Of a stretch of 64,000 nucleotides of DNA, positions 24,395-39,302 are shown piece by piece (position 1 is the first letter of the stretch; every line of letters starts with the position of its first letter). This stretch comes from Macrostomum lignano (lineage: Eukaryota), in contig NIVC01000540.1 in NCBI GenBank assembly GCA_002269645.1, positions 124,001-188,000 on the forward strand, given 5' to 3'. Under the pieces are notes generated by a model. It worked only from the letters and a program-made list of their open reading frames with translations, did not search any database and was not told the origin of the DNA. The translations under genes were made by a program, and so were the position numbers.

Positions 24395-25972
24395 AGATAC
24401 CATATGCTTTGCTAGCCAACTAGAAAAAGAATATCAAAGCCTCTTTGATCTTCTTGTCTTCTATGCCCCTGTTTTGCTATTGTTTCCTTATTTTATTAAA
24501 AAGCTATATGTTAGTGCTATCTTATTGTTATTGTATTTAGTTATATTACTATCATATATACACAACCCTCCTGATTTACACTCCTTATTAGAAAAAGTAA
24601 CTAAATGGCAGATGGCTGCCTGTGCCTAGTGCATTTTCAAAATGACCCTGCAGTGCAATGCATTTTCTATGAGGTGATGCTTGGCCTGGCATGGTGCAAT
24701 GCAGTGTGACACTTAGTGTAATGCTTGGAATCCATGTCAAAATGGCCATGCATAGAATAGGCAAAATGTCAAAATGCTAAAAGTTGGCCAAGTTGTTTGG
24801 CATGGTCTACATAGCAGTGTTGTTTTGTTGGTATGTCACCATGTCACCATTGCTAGAGCAATACAAAGTGCCAAAAAGGTCCTATATTGTTGTAATAGCA
24901 AAAGTACTTTATTGTTGCAATGTCTCCTGGGCCTTAGTGTATCCTTGGTGACCCCTTGATGTAGCCCATGTACCTTGGAGAGTGACCCCTTGGCACATTT
25001 TTGCTAGACCTTTGATGCATATTTTCAAATTCTTAGAATTTATTCTAATAGGGATTTATACCATCTATGTGAATTATTTTTTGACCAAAAATGCAGCTTA
25101 CCTATAAAAAAACGAAAAAAGGTAATATTATTTTGGGTAAAAGACATAAGTAACTTCAATAATATTCAATATTATTAAGGCTAAATGTCTCATCATCAAA
25201 TTTGTTCTATGTGCAGATTTTTGGGTGGGCATTTTTTCAACTTACCTATGCTGGGCCCCCACCAGCTGTCTATATTAGCTTGGTGTTGCACAGGTATGAT
25301 TTTACTATCCTAAGTCTTAGCATAGTTGTAGAGTCTTAGAATTGCATAATCTTATATTCTATTCTTTTTTTCTTCAATTCTAAAAATGTGTTTTTAATAT
25401 AAATTATTCAAAGTTTTGTTAACCTCCCTTTTTAACTAGTAATAAGTTTTTTTAGTATGAATTCAGATTTAATTCTATATGCAAAAGTGTTCTAGAGATT
25501 AGAATTCATTGCTTTAAAATCCAACAGGTTTCCATGGCTTGTTTTGTTGTAATTGTTTTTTTGAAAGATATTCAACCTTCTAATACAAGCACACAGTAGC
25601 TCTATCTTTCTTGCTTAAAAATTGTATTTATTTAATTTAAACTATAATAAATATCAAAACTGAAAAGCATGACAAAAATATTGTATAGTTTATTTAACTA
25701 TTTAGTAGATTAGATCTATATATATCTAAGCCTATCCTACATTGATTTGTTTTATTGTTTATCAAAATTTAATTAATAGCAAATGTAAGCAAATATTTTG
25801 CTTAAGATTTAAAATCTAACTTCTTAATATAGACATGGGAAAGCTAGCAATCAATCATTTAGTAATGAACTAAGGTATTTGTCTCTAGAAATAGCTTTAG
25901 GGCACAAAGAAAAATAAAGAAAAAAGAACTTAACTAGTTTTAGTATGAATTCAATTGCAGTAATTGAACTAA

Positions 25973-26263
<291 letters not shown>

Positions 26264-26347
26264 TAAGGCTGTCGCTTACCATCATCTGCATATTACTCAT
26301 TAATCTATCATTTATTTATGAACCTCGATCTGTCAATTGGGTAGATT

Positions 26348-27615
26348 GACTCAGATCTGTCATTAAGGTAGATGGACTCAGATCTGTCATTAAGGTAGAT
26401 GGACTCAGATCTGTCATTAAGGTAGATGGACTCAGATCTGTCATTAAGGTAGATGGACTCAGATCAAGGTAGATGGACTCAGATCTGTCATTAAGGTAGA
26501 TGGACTCAGATCTGTCATTAAGGTAGATGGACTCAGATCAAGGTAGATGGACTCAGATCTGTCATTAAGGTAGATGGACTCAGATCTGTCATTAAGGTAG
26601 ATGGACTCAGATCTGTCATTAAGGTAGATGGACTCAGATCAAGGTAGATGGACTCAGATCTGTCATTAAGGTAGATGGACTCAGATCTGTCATTAAGGTA
26701 GATGGACTCAGATCAAGGTAGATGGACTCAGATCTGTCATTAAGGTAGATGGACTCAGATCTGTCATTAAGGTAGATGGACTCAGATCTGTTATTAAGGT
26801 AGATGGACTCAGATCTGTCATTAAGGTAGATGGACTCAGATCTGTTATTAAGGTAGATGGACTCAGATCTGTCATTAAGGTAGATGGACTCAGATCTGTT
26901 ATTAAGGTAGATGGACTCAGATCTGTCATTAAGGTAGATGGACTCAGATCTGTTATTAAGGTAGATGGACTCAGATCTGTCATTAAGGTAGATGGACTCA
27001 GATCTGTCATTAAGGTAGATGGACTCAGATCTGTCATTAAGGTAGATGGACTCAGATCTGTTATTAAGGTAGATGGACTCAGATCTGTTATTAAGGTAGA
27101 TGGACTCAGATCTGTTATTAAGGTAGATGGACTCAGATCTGTCATTAAGGTAGATGGACTCAGATCTGTCATTAAGGTAGATGGACTCAGATCTGTTATT
27201 AAGGTAGATGGACTCAGATCTGTTATTAAGGTAGATGGACTCAGATCTGTTATTAAGGTAGATGGACTCAGATCTGTTATTAAGGTAGATGGACTCAGAT
27301 CTGATATTAAGGTAGATGGACTCAGATCTGTCATTAAGGTAGTTAAGGTAGATATACTCAGATCTGTCATTAAGGTAGATGGACTCAGATCTGTCATTAA
27401 GGTAGATGGACTCAGATCTGTCATTAAGGTAGATGGACTCAGATCTGTCATTAAGGTAGATGGACTCAGATCTGTCATTAAGGTAGTTAAGGTAGATGGA
27501 CTCAGATCTGTCATTAAGGTAGATGGACTCAGATCTGTCATTAAGGTAGTTAAGGTAGATGGACTCAGATCTGTCATTAAGGTAGATGGACTCAGATCTG
27601 TCATTAAGTTAGATG
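26348..27615. repeat. 27-bp intronic minisatellite (GATCTGTCATTAAGGTAGATGGACTCA), about 45 copies
   Basis: Direct periodicity; lies between the nuclear receptor DBD and hinge exons. Confidence 0.95.
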
Positions 27616-27709
27616 GACCCCGAGCGGCCATTAAGCTTCTATTCAGAACTCTCAGAACTCAGAGTTTTGAGTCTACCTGTCAAAATCATGAGAACTCACT
27701 GCCTCCTGA

Positions 27710-28222
<513 letters not shown>

Positions 28223-28242
28223 TAAGTTGCCTATCTGTGGTG

Positions 28243-29365
28243 AAGACTGGGGTATGGCTTAATTAGCCTAGGTGTGAGGACTGGGGTATGGCTTAATTAG
28301 CCTAGGTGTGAGGACTGGGGTATGGCTTAATTAGCCTAGGTGTGAGGTCAGTGAGGACTGGGTATGGCTTAATTAGCCTAGGTGTGAGGACTGGGGTATG
28401 GCTTAATTAGCCTAGGTGTGGGGACTGGAGTATGGCTTAATTAGGCCTAGGTGTAAGGACTGGAGTAAGGCTTAATTAGCCTAGGTGTGAGGTCAGTGAG
28501 GACTGGGGTATGGCTTAATTAGCCTAGGTGTGAGGACTGGGGTATGGCTTAATTAGCCTAGGTGTGAGGTCAGTGAGGACTGGGGTATGGCTTAATTAGC
28601 CTAGGTGTGAGAACTGGGGTATGGCTTAATTAGCCTAGGTGTGGGGACTGGAGTATGGCTTAATTAGGCCTAGGTGTGAGGTCAGTGAGGACTGGGGTAT
28701 GGCTTAATTAGCCTAGGTGTGAGGACTGGGGTATGGCTTAATTAGCCTAGGTGTGAGGACTGGGGTATGGCTTAATTAGCCTAGGTGTGAGGACTGGGGT
28801 ATGGCTTAATTAGCCTAAGGTGTGAGGACTGGAGTATGGCTTAATTAGCCTAAGGTGTGAGGACTGGAGTATGGCTTAATTAGCCTGTGTGAGGACTGGG
28901 GTATGACTTAATTAGCCTGTGTGAGGACTGGAGTATGGCTTAATTAGCCTAGGTGTGAGGACTGGAGTATGGCTTAATTACCTAGGTGTGAGGACTGGAG
29001 TATGGCTTAATTAGCCTAGGTGTGAGGACTGGAGTATGGCTTAATTACCTAGGTGTGAGGACTGGAGTATGGCTTAATTACCTAGGTGTGGGGACTGGAG
29101 TATGGCTTAATTAGCCTAAGGTGTGAGGACTGGAGTATGGCTTAATTAGCCTAAGGTGTGAGGACTGGGGTATGGCTTAATTAGCCTAAGGTGTGAGGAC
29201 TGGAGTATGGCTTAATTAGCCTAAGGTGTGAGGACTGGAGAATGGCTTAATTAGTTTAGGTGCGAGGACTGGAGTATGGCTTAATTAGCCTAAGGTGTGA
29301 GGACTGGAGTATGGCTTAATTAGCCTGTGTGAGGAGTGGAGAATGGCTTAATTAGTTTAGGTGCG
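28243..29365. repeat. 34-bp intronic minisatellite (GTGAGGACTGGGGTATGGCTTAATTAGCCTAGGT)
   Basis: Direct periodicity with variant units. Confidence 0.95.
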
Positions 29366-29949
29366 AGGGCTCGGTTTGCATTTTATTAATCCTAATTATT
29401 AATTTTATTAAGTCCTGCTAATAACGGCCTATTTAAACCAGCGCACGATGCTCTGGTTTTTTTGCAATATTTTTTTTCAGGAAAAATATATTCGAATCCT
29501 TAATTACTGATTTTCGATTTCTTTGCCATTAATCGAATCGAACATGTATAAATAATTCCCGTATGCGGAAGTGCCTCAAACCTACATCATAGTATAGAAT
29601 ATAATAAGCTTTTATGCAAATCATTACTTCTCTTTTTATGAAAGAGTACAAAGCATTTTTTTAAATGTGGATCGCAAAAATTGCAGTTGAGCAATTCTCT
29701 TTATGAATTATTGAAGGCTTTGATTCTGGAATATACTTTGTAGGAAAAATTCATCAGTTAAGCCTGCTTTTTTGGCCAATTTCAACAGTGAAGATTGAAT
29801 CTATAATTTCAGCTCAAAAATACATTTCTGTTACATTTCATCTGATATGGAGATGCATCGTATTAAGCCAAGGATGGGCGGGTGAACCTCATGAATAAAT
29901 TAGCACTATGTTTTGTGCATAGCCCAGCTAATTTAATCTAATCAGACTT

Positions 29950-30292
29950 TTCTGTAAGATTCAGATGTTTTACCATTGGATTACTAAGATTTAGATGTTC
30001 TACCATTGGATTACTGTAAGATTTAGATGTTCTACCATTAGATTACTGTAAGATTTAGATGTTCTACCATTGGATTACTGTAAGATTTAGATGTTCTACG
30101 CATGGAATTCTGTAAGATTTAGATGTTCTACCATTGGATTACTGTAAGATTTAGATGTTCTACGCATGGATTTCTGTAAGATTTAGATGTTCTACGCATG
30201 GATTTCTGTAAGATTTAGATGTTCTACCATAGGATTTCTGTAAGATGTAGATGTTCTACCATTGGATTTCTGTAAGATTTTGATGTTTGTAT
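29950..30292. repeat. 32-bp intronic minisatellite (CTGTAAGATTTAGATGTTCTACCATTGGATTA)
   Basis: Direct periodicity. Confidence 0.9.
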
Positions 30293-30347
30293 TATAGCAT
30301 CAACGAAGATTTGCACCGCCCTAACCCTTCCCTCCCCCATTGCCTAG

Positions 30348-30758
<411 letters not shown>

Positions 30759-30904
30759 CTGTCTGAGTGGCGTTGCTACTCTGTTATTGGTTCACATTTT
30801 AAACAGCTAATTTTCTCATTTGTTTCTTGCTGCGATTGGTCATAATTATGAGATCGGCGATTTATCTAATAGTAGTATCTGATCTGATAGTAGTATCTCG
30901 TCTG

Positions 30905-31710
30905 AGATAAGAATTGCTCACAATGAGTAATTCACCTAAGATGAGAATTGGTCCTAATGAGTAATTAACCTGAAGAATTGGTCCTAATGAGTAATTCACC
31001 TGAGATGAGAATTGATCCTAATGAGTAATTCGCCTGAGATGAGAATTGGTCATAATGAGTAATTCACCTGAGATGAGAATTGGTCATAATGAGTAATTCA
31101 CCTGAGATGAGAATTGGTCATAATGAGTAATTCGCCTGAGATGAGAATTGTTCATAATGAGTAATTCACCTGAGATTAGAATTGTTCATAATGAGTAACT
31201 CACCTGAGATGAGAATTGTTCATAATGAGTAACTCACCTGAGATGAGAATTGGTCATATTGAGTAATTTACCTGAGATGAGAATTGGTCATAATGAGTAA
31301 TTCCCGTGAGATGAGAATTGGTCATAATGAGTAATTAACCTGAGATGAGAATTGGTCATAATGAGTAATTAACCTGAGATGAGAATTGGTCATAATGAGT
31401 AATTCCCGTGAGATGAGAATTGGTCATAATGAGTAATTCACCTGAGATGAGAATTGGTCATAATGAGTAATTAACCTGAGATGAGAATTGGTCATAATGA
31501 GTAATTCCCGTGAGATGAGAATTGGTCATAATGAGTAACTTACCTGAGATGAGAATTGGTCATAATGAGTAATTCCCGTGAGATGAGAATTGGTCATAAT
31601 GAGTAACTCACCTGAGATGAGAATTGGTCATAATGAGTAATTCCCGTGAGATGAGAATTGGTCATAATGAGTAATTCACCTGAGATGAAAATTGGTCATA
31701 ATGAGTAATT
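30905..31710. repeat. 34-bp minisatellite (ATGAGTAATTCACCTGAGATGAGAATTGGTCATA) downstream of the nuclear receptor stop
   Basis: Direct periodicity. Confidence 0.95.
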
Positions 31711-33009
31711 TTTACTACTGAAAAATTACTGCGCAAATAATGACTAAGCTGTGCACCTGGCTTAATGTAGTTTCTTTACTATCTATAATCTATTATAAAT
31801 TTATTTCGATATTTATACAACTGTTCCCACCTGTCATATGTTTGCAAGCTTCTGCCTGTATGTTGTTGACTGTTGTTGATTAACCATATAAGCTTTTCTT
31901 AGAAGCCATTTTACAGTTTGTAGATATGAATAATAAGAAGCTACGAAATGTATTCTACTGTGTCAACTATCGAAATCGTGTGTATTTTACCTGTTAGTTC
32001 TAACTGCCCCAGGATTTTTTATTGATTAACGTCAGGTATATATAAAGCGATGATTTTTTGTACATTTTTTTGTCTAATGATGATATTTTGATGCCCAAAT
32101 GCATTGACGGGGGCAGGGCTTGGCGCGTTGTCAATCATCATTATCATTGGCGCATCGGCCCTTTTTGACTTTCTAATTCCGTCGGGAATGGACACTATTC
32201 TGGCTCTTGGATAAGTTGGCTCTCGTGGCTGTTGATCGTACGACAACCGCACACAAGCCCCAAATGAATGCGGGCCCGTTAGGTCCTCTGGCACATGACC
32301 TGTGTGTATATATACTCAATCATATTTTCTGTGTTATTTCCCTCTCCTTTGTTATTTACAGCCTATATGTAGATTGTATTACTTAACTATAATCTTCTGT
32401 TTACATTTCTCTTCTACACTCAAAAAATTGTCGCCCAGCATTCCGGTTACTGCTGCCCGTCACTACACCAAGCAAAGCTTAGAATAATTTGTAGAAAAAG
32501 TCTTATTTTGACTACTAACACGCAGTTGTAAGTAGTATGATGGAAATTATTTGCAGAATGCTATTTTTATCGAGCAGAAACAAAGATAATGATGCACTTG
32601 AATTTCGATCAGTGTTGAATTTTTTATGCTTAAATTCGATTTTGCTTGCCATCTTGGTCTATTATCTATAAACCTATAAATTTGTTAATTAAATATTGTT
32701 TCACACTTGTTTGGCGTTTTACTCCTTTACAAATTTGAGTCCACCTTTGTCCTTTATTCTACTTTTGCTCTGTTTTTGATTCTGGAGAAAACTATTGCAC
32801 CGAGAACCAGCTATATGTATGCCTGTAGTTGCTGGGATTCATTATTTATCTGTGACTGTTCTGTCTGACGTTGTGGTACAATAAAAGCTTCAAGTAGTCA
32901 CTTTCTCGTTTGAACGCTTAAAATTTCAGAGTTTACTGTGCTTAATATTAATTTTTATTTTACCAATCTTTTCTTTTATTAACTTGTGCAATGCGCTAAG
33001 ACAGAAATA

Positions 33010-33350
33010 GCTGTAGCTGAGGCAATGGAAGCAGCTGGGGCAGTGGAAGCAGCTGAGGCAGTGGAAGCTAGTGTGGTGGAAGCAGCTGAGGCAGTGGAAG
33101 CAGCTGAGGCAGTGGAAGCAGCTGAGGCAGTGGAAGCTAGTGTGGTGGAAGCAGCTGAGGCAGTGGAAGCAGCTGAGGCAGTGGAAGCAGCTGAGGCAGT
33201 GGAAGCAGCTGAGGCAGTGGAAGCAGCTGAGGCAGTGGAAGCTAGTGTGGTGGAAGCAGCTGAGGCAGTGGAAGCAGCTGAGGCAGTGGAAGCTAGTGTG
33301 GTGGAAGCAGCTGAGGCAGTGGAAGCAGCTGAGTCAGTGGAGGCAGTTGA
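33010..33350. repeat. 18-bp minisatellite (GAGGCAGTGGAAGCAGCT) with occasional longer variant units
   Basis: Direct periodicity; yields the EAAEAV and ASTASA repeat ORFs. Confidence 0.9.
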
Positions 33351-35209
33351 AGCCAAGCAAGATTGCAGGAAGGAAGCAACTGACACTATGTTATGCAGGC
33401 GAAAGATTTGGAGCAGTTCAGACGGATATCCTAAATAAGCCTTCCTGCCTGTGTCTCGGTATCTGGCCATTACTCGTATCTCGCCAGCAATCGTTAAAGT
33501 TCATTCTTTTGCGGTTTTTCTTTATAAACTGAAATAATCAGCTGGCAGTATTCAGGCCAGAGAGTATTATAGTGAATTTGCACAGCAAACAGAATTCCGC
33601 TGTAATGCGCATATTTTTCATCTAGCTGGGCCGGCTGTAAAGCCGATAAGAAGAAGCCGAGTGGAAATTTAATTAGCTCTTCTGAGCTATCAACAAGCCG
33701 CTTTGCGTAAAGAAACTGACGGCAGTTCGCCCGAGCCTAAATCCGCTTGAGCGAGCCCCTTCTCACCCGTCTGTGCTTGGATGTCCCCAGGGCTTGCTCG
33801 CGGCGTCTATCGAGAGTTGTTCGCGCGCACAACTCGACAGCTCGATCGTAGCTAGGTGAATTATTATTATAATTCCCGAACCGCAGTCGAGTCGGGGCCA
33901 TAGCAGAATTTCTAGAGTAAACCTGCGATCAGGGTCTGCCGTCCGTGCGTGACAATCAAATTCGACGGCAGCTTGTACGGCTCGTGTTTTGATGGTTCAA
34001 CACTGTTTAAATTTAACTCCTTCCTTCGGCATTGCCGCGCAATTCAAGGCGACAATCGACCTGCGGCAGCCAGCAAAGGTGCAGGCCCGTTCGCTGACTG
34101 ACCCCTGAGTACGCACTTGCATGTACACCGGGTTTACAGCAGGGCAGAGATTCTTTAGAGTCGGGGGGCTGCGTGCACCCCAGCGCACTTTAAGCGACAT
34201 TGTCACACAACCGGCGAGAGGCATTACTGCCCATTCCACCGACTCCCCTGAGCAGGCACACAAGCGCGCGGATACGCACGCAGTCATACGCACAGGCACA
34301 CACAGGAGTGTACAGCGGCCCTAACTTTATTTATCGTTAGGCATGTACACTTCACTGTGCCTTGAGGGTTGGTCCTCAAGCTGGGTGTTAATTGCACAAG
34401 CAGAGCCAAGCCGAGATTCCAATTTAGCCCCAAATTAATGTTGACTGCACTTGGAATCGAGCCCGGGCTGCAACTGAACTAGCTCTTAAAAGGGCTCCTT
34501 CTCACGTCGGAATGCAGGGCGTGAATGGAAAATCCGTCCTAATTGATATGAATAATTTCTCATCGAGAATTTAATTCTATCAATCTATTTGTCGTTTCCT
34601 ATTCATATCAGTTTTCATATCGATTAATAAGTTAAACTGTCAGACCATGATGCATCCGTAAGTCTTCTTTTCTTACTAGTGCACCTATCTATGCTGTTAG
34701 CTAGAATACTCAAAGTTACAATCACGTGAGCTCTGCTGTTGATCAATCAATCACTGCTTTTCCTAGAATTGGCTAGCAGCAGTATCAAACAGAGAGTGGG
34801 GCACTCAATCCAATCCAATATATGGAGCTAGCTGGGCCGCTGCATGACTGATTGGCCAGCACTGTGACTGCCTCTCGGAGTGCCCCCTGATGTCACGAGC
34901 AAACCGCTCTCCCCGCCTGTCTGCACTCAGTCATTCACTCAGACCGGAGCTCTGAGACTGGCACCCGTCACTCTGTGTCAACACCCGCTGCAAATTTGTA
35001 TTTTTATGGGGCCACCGTTCTCTCCGCTTCCGCCATCGCTCCGACGCGCCCGCCCGGCTCTGCGCAAACACTGCAGTAAAAATTCACTTCCGGCGCAGCC
35101 GCTGCCACCGTCTGGTTTGCCTTGCGGGGCGGCACACTAACTAGCTTGGCTGCTCACTCTCGCTGCATCTCCACTCTTAGTGCCAACTCTCTCCTTACCT
35201 GATTCTCTT

Positions 35210-36660
35210 CCCTTCACTCTGACTCCCTTCATCTCTCTCTCACTCTGATTCCCTTCCTCTCACTCTGATTCCCTTCCTCTCACTCTGATTCCCTTCCTCT
35301 CACTCTGATTCCCTTCCTCTCACTCTGATCCCCTTCCTCTCACTCTGATCCCCTTCCTCTCACTCTGATTCCCTTCCTCTCACTCTGATCCCCTTCCTCT
35401 CACTCTGATCCCCTTCCTCTCACTCTGATTCCCTTCCTCTCACTCTGATCCCCTTCCTCTCACTCTGATTCCCTTCCGTTCACTCTGATTCCCTTCCTCT
35501 CACTCTGATCCCCTTCCTCTCACTCTGATTCGATTGCTCTCACTCTGATCCCCTTCCTCTCACTCTGATCCCCTTCCTCTCACTCTGATTCCCTTCCTCT
35601 CACTCTGATTCCCTTCCTCTCACTCTGATCCCCTTCCTCTCACTCTGATCCCCTTCCTCTCACTCTGATTCCCTTCCTCTCACTCTGATTCCCTTCCTCT
35701 CACTCTGATTCCCTTCCTCTCACTCTGATTCCCTTCCTCTCACTCTGATCCCCTTCCTCTCACTCTGATCCCCTTCCTCTCACTCTGATTCCCTTCCTCT
35801 CACTCTGATCCCCTTCCTCTCACTCTGATCCCCTTCCTCTCACTCTGATTCCCTTCCTCTCACTCTGATCCCCTTCCTCTCACTCTGATTCCCTTCCGTT
35901 CACTCTGATTCCCTTCCTCTCACTCTGATCCCCTTCCTCTCACTCTGATTCGATTGCTCTCACTCTGATCCCCTTCCTCTCACTCTGATCCCCTTCCTCT
36001 CACTCTGATTCCCTTCCTCTCACTCTGATTCCCTTCCTCTCACTCTGATCCCCTTCCTCTCACTCTGATCCCCTTCCTCTCACTCTGATCCCCTTCCTCT
36101 CACTCTGATTCCCTTCCTCTCACTCTGATTCCCTTCCTCTCACTCTGATCCCCTTCCTCTCACTCTGATTCGATTGCTCTCACTCTGATCCCCCTCCTCT
36201 CACTCTGATCCCCTTCCTCTCACTCTGATTCCCTTCCTCTCACTCTGATTCCCTTCCTCTCACTCTGATTCCCTTCCTCTCACTCTGATCCCCTTCCTCT
36301 CACTCTGATCCCCTTCCTCTCACTCTGATTCCCTTCCTCTCACTCTGATCCCCTTCCTCTCACTCTGATCCCATTCCTCTCACTCTGATTCCCTTCCTCT
36401 CACTCTGATCCCCTTCCTCTCACTCTGATTCCCTTCCGTTCACTCTGATTCCCTTCCTCTCACTCTGATCCCCTTCCTCTCACTCTGACTCCCTTCCGTT
36501 CACTCTGATTCCCTTCCTCTCACTCTGATTCCCTTCCTCTCACTCTGATTCCCTTCCTCTCACTCTGATCGCCTTCCTCTCACTCTGATCCCCTTCCTCT
36601 CACTCTGATTCTCTTCCCCTTATTCGGGTTCCCTTCCTCTCTCTGATTCCCTTCCCCTCA
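35210..36660. repeat. 20-bp minisatellite (CTCTCACTCTGATYCCCTTC), about 70 copies, with a 420-bp higher-order repeat
   Basis: Direct periodicity. Variant units recur 420 bp apart (35471/35891 and 35531/35951). Confidence 0.95.
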
Positions 36661-37289
36661 CTCTGATTCCCTTTACTTGCTTGCAGTCTGTCGCTGCCTC
36701 TCTCTCTTCCCACCGTCGCAGCCTTTTTTAGGGGGGCCACCGCGGCTCATCTTTACTACAGCACAGGCCGATCAGTCCCAGCCTCCTGAGCAGTCATGCA
36801 CTGCTATCAAAGCCGCATAATCTACCATTCTCTCAGCAACCGCGCGGTGCCCCGTTGAGCCGCAAAACCCGGCTTAGATATATAATATACTACACATTAC
36901 TGGTGCACCGCTATGCATAATTCAGTACATTGACAACTGGCTCTGGTGGGTTTCCCCGCCGGCGGGATCCGACCGACTGATTGAGCTGAGCAAGCTAAGC
37001 TCCCCAGATCTCCCTTCTCCGCCTCTGCTCCCATATTCAGCGCTATTCTCATTGATATCCGTGACTTAATTCTTCTGGATAAGACGCATTTCTTTGTTCT
37101 CCTAAGACCAGTCTGATCTATAGACAGACTGGCATCCTTGGGAATTCTTTTAATCAGCAATTTGCAATTCGTTTGCGTCCCCTCTGCAGCCGAGTCCCTG
37201 CATTTGCACTTTTATCTGTCATGCCTATTCTCGTAGTAACAGACTCTGGTATATTCTTGGCCTGTTCCATTTCACTGCTCCTTAACTCT

Positions 37290-38720
37290 CACTCCCTAAT
37301 CTCACCCTAGATCTCTTTACTCTCTCTTATCATTAGAATCTCACCCTAGATCCCTTTACACACTCTCTCTATTCTCCTCCTAGATCTCTCCCTCCCTATA
37401 TTCTCGCCCTAGATCTCTCACTCTATATTCTCACCCTAAATCTTTCCTTCCCTATATTCTCGCCCTAGATCTCTCACTCCCTATTCTCACCCTAGATCTC
37501 TCACTCCCCATTCTCACTCTAGATCTCTCACTCCCCATTCTCACTCTCGATCTCTCACTCCCTATTCTCACTCTATATCTCTCACTCCCCATTCTCGCCC
37601 TAGATCTCTCACTCCCTATTCTCACCCTAGATCTCTCACTCCCCATTCTCACTCTAGATCTCTCACTCCCCATTCTCACTCTCGATCTCTCACTCCCTAT
37701 TCTCACTCTATATCTCTCACTCCCTATTCTCACCCAAGATCTCTCACTCTATATTCTCACCCTAGATCTCCCACTCCCTATTCTCACCCTAGATCTCCCA
37801 CTCCCTATTCTCACCCTAGATCTCTCACTCTATATTCTCACCCTAGATCTCCCACTCCCTATTCTCACCCTAGATCTCCCACTCCCTATTCTCACCCTAG
37901 ATCTCTCACTCCCTATTCTCACCCTAGATCTCTCACTCTATATTCTCACCCTAGATCTCCCACTCCCTATTCTCACCCTAGATTCCCCACTCCCTATTCT
38001 CACCCTAGATCTCCCACTCCCTATTCTCACCCTAGATCTCCCACTCCCTATTCTCACCCTAGATCTCCCACTCCCTATTCTCACCCTAGATCTCTCACTC
38101 TATATTCTCACCCTAGATTTCCCACTCCCTATTCTCACCCTAGATCTCTCACTCCCTATTCTCGCCCTAGATCTCTCACTCCCTATTCTCACTCTCGATC
38201 TCTCACTCCCTATTCTCACTCTCGATCTCTCACTCCCTATTCTCACCCAAGATCTCTCACTCCCTATTCTCACCCTAGATCTCTCACTCCCCATTCTCAC
38301 CCTAGATCTCTCACTCCCTATTCTCGCCCTAAATCTCTCACTCCCTATTCTCGCCCTAGCTTTGTCACTCCCTATATTCTCGACCTAGATCTCTCACTCC
38401 CTATTCTCACTCTAGATCTCTCACTCCCTATTCTCACTCTCGATCTCTCACTCCCTATTCTCGCCCTAGCTTTGTCACTCCCTTTTTCACCCTAGCTCTG
38501 TCACTCCCTTTTTCACCCTAGCTCTGTCACTCCCTTTTTCACCCTAGCTCTGTCACTCCCTTTTTCACCCTAGCTCTGTCACTCCCAATATCACTCTAGA
38601 TCTCTCACTCCCAATATCACTCTAGATCTCTCACTCCCAATATCACTCTAGATCTCTCACTCCCAATATCACTCTAGATCTCTCACTCCCAATATCACTC
38701 TAGCTCTCTCACTCCCAATA
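37290..38720. repeat. 27-bp minisatellite (CTAGATCTCTCACTCCCTATTCTCACC)
   Basis: Direct periodicity; unit drifts toward the right end. Confidence 0.95.
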
Positions 38721-39302
38721 TCACTCTATTGTTTCTCTTAATAAATAAGAGGGCGCGGCGCTGACTTGTCCGCACTGTGTAAACTGGAAAACTGCTGCAT
38801 TCAGACTCAGAATGACAATGAGAGCTAGCTGAAGGGTTCGTTCGAGTACTCCAAGCTCTAGTCCAAGATTTCCTTGCCTCATAATCCACGCTCCAGCTGC
38901 CACTAGAGTCCTAGACCCAACACCTACCCCTCATCGGTGCCATTGTGAAGTAAACCCGTTGGCCTCAAAGAAAAGTTGTTTTTTTCGCCTAGCCTTGAAA
39001 AGTAAGAATTTGTAAGAATCCAGAGAACGAGGATTTGAGCCAGAAAGGGAATGGGAAAATTAGAGGGGGTGGGAACAGCCCCACACATTTCGTGACTTCC
39101 TCTGACAGGGCCAGGGAGAGCTGCTACGAGCTAGCCAGCTAGCCAGCGCACCATTGGCCCTCTGAACCGATGCTGGCCTACCCCCCAGCCAGTCCACTCC
39201 AGTTCCCAACCTCTGCCTCCTCAAGCCGAAGCGAAATCCTCGGCGAAAGCCGCTGCTGCCGCTTCTGCGATTCCCAATACTCCCCTCCTTCCCTCAGACA
39301 GG

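Noticed and set aside
26708-27631. 307-aa ORF of TDLSPSTLM repeats, and similar repeat ORFs at 37452-38300, 41647-42278, 44834-45214, 59046-59954, 61115-61697 and 61878-62549
   Set aside because: These are translations of mini- or microsatellites, mostly within introns of identified genes; the open frames follow from the unit sequence.
32019-32294. 91-aa minus-strand ORF
   Set aside because: No domain similarity or splice context that I can recognise.
32979-33532. Ala-rich EAAEAV / ASTASA ORFs resembling an antifreeze or mucin-like protein
   Set aside because: An 18-bp tandem repeat open in several frames on both strands; no signal peptide, splice evidence or conserved flanks.
34445-34480. 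tRNA T-loop/B-box-like GGGCTCGATTCC on the minus strand
   Set aside because: No A-box or cloverleaf could be built around it.
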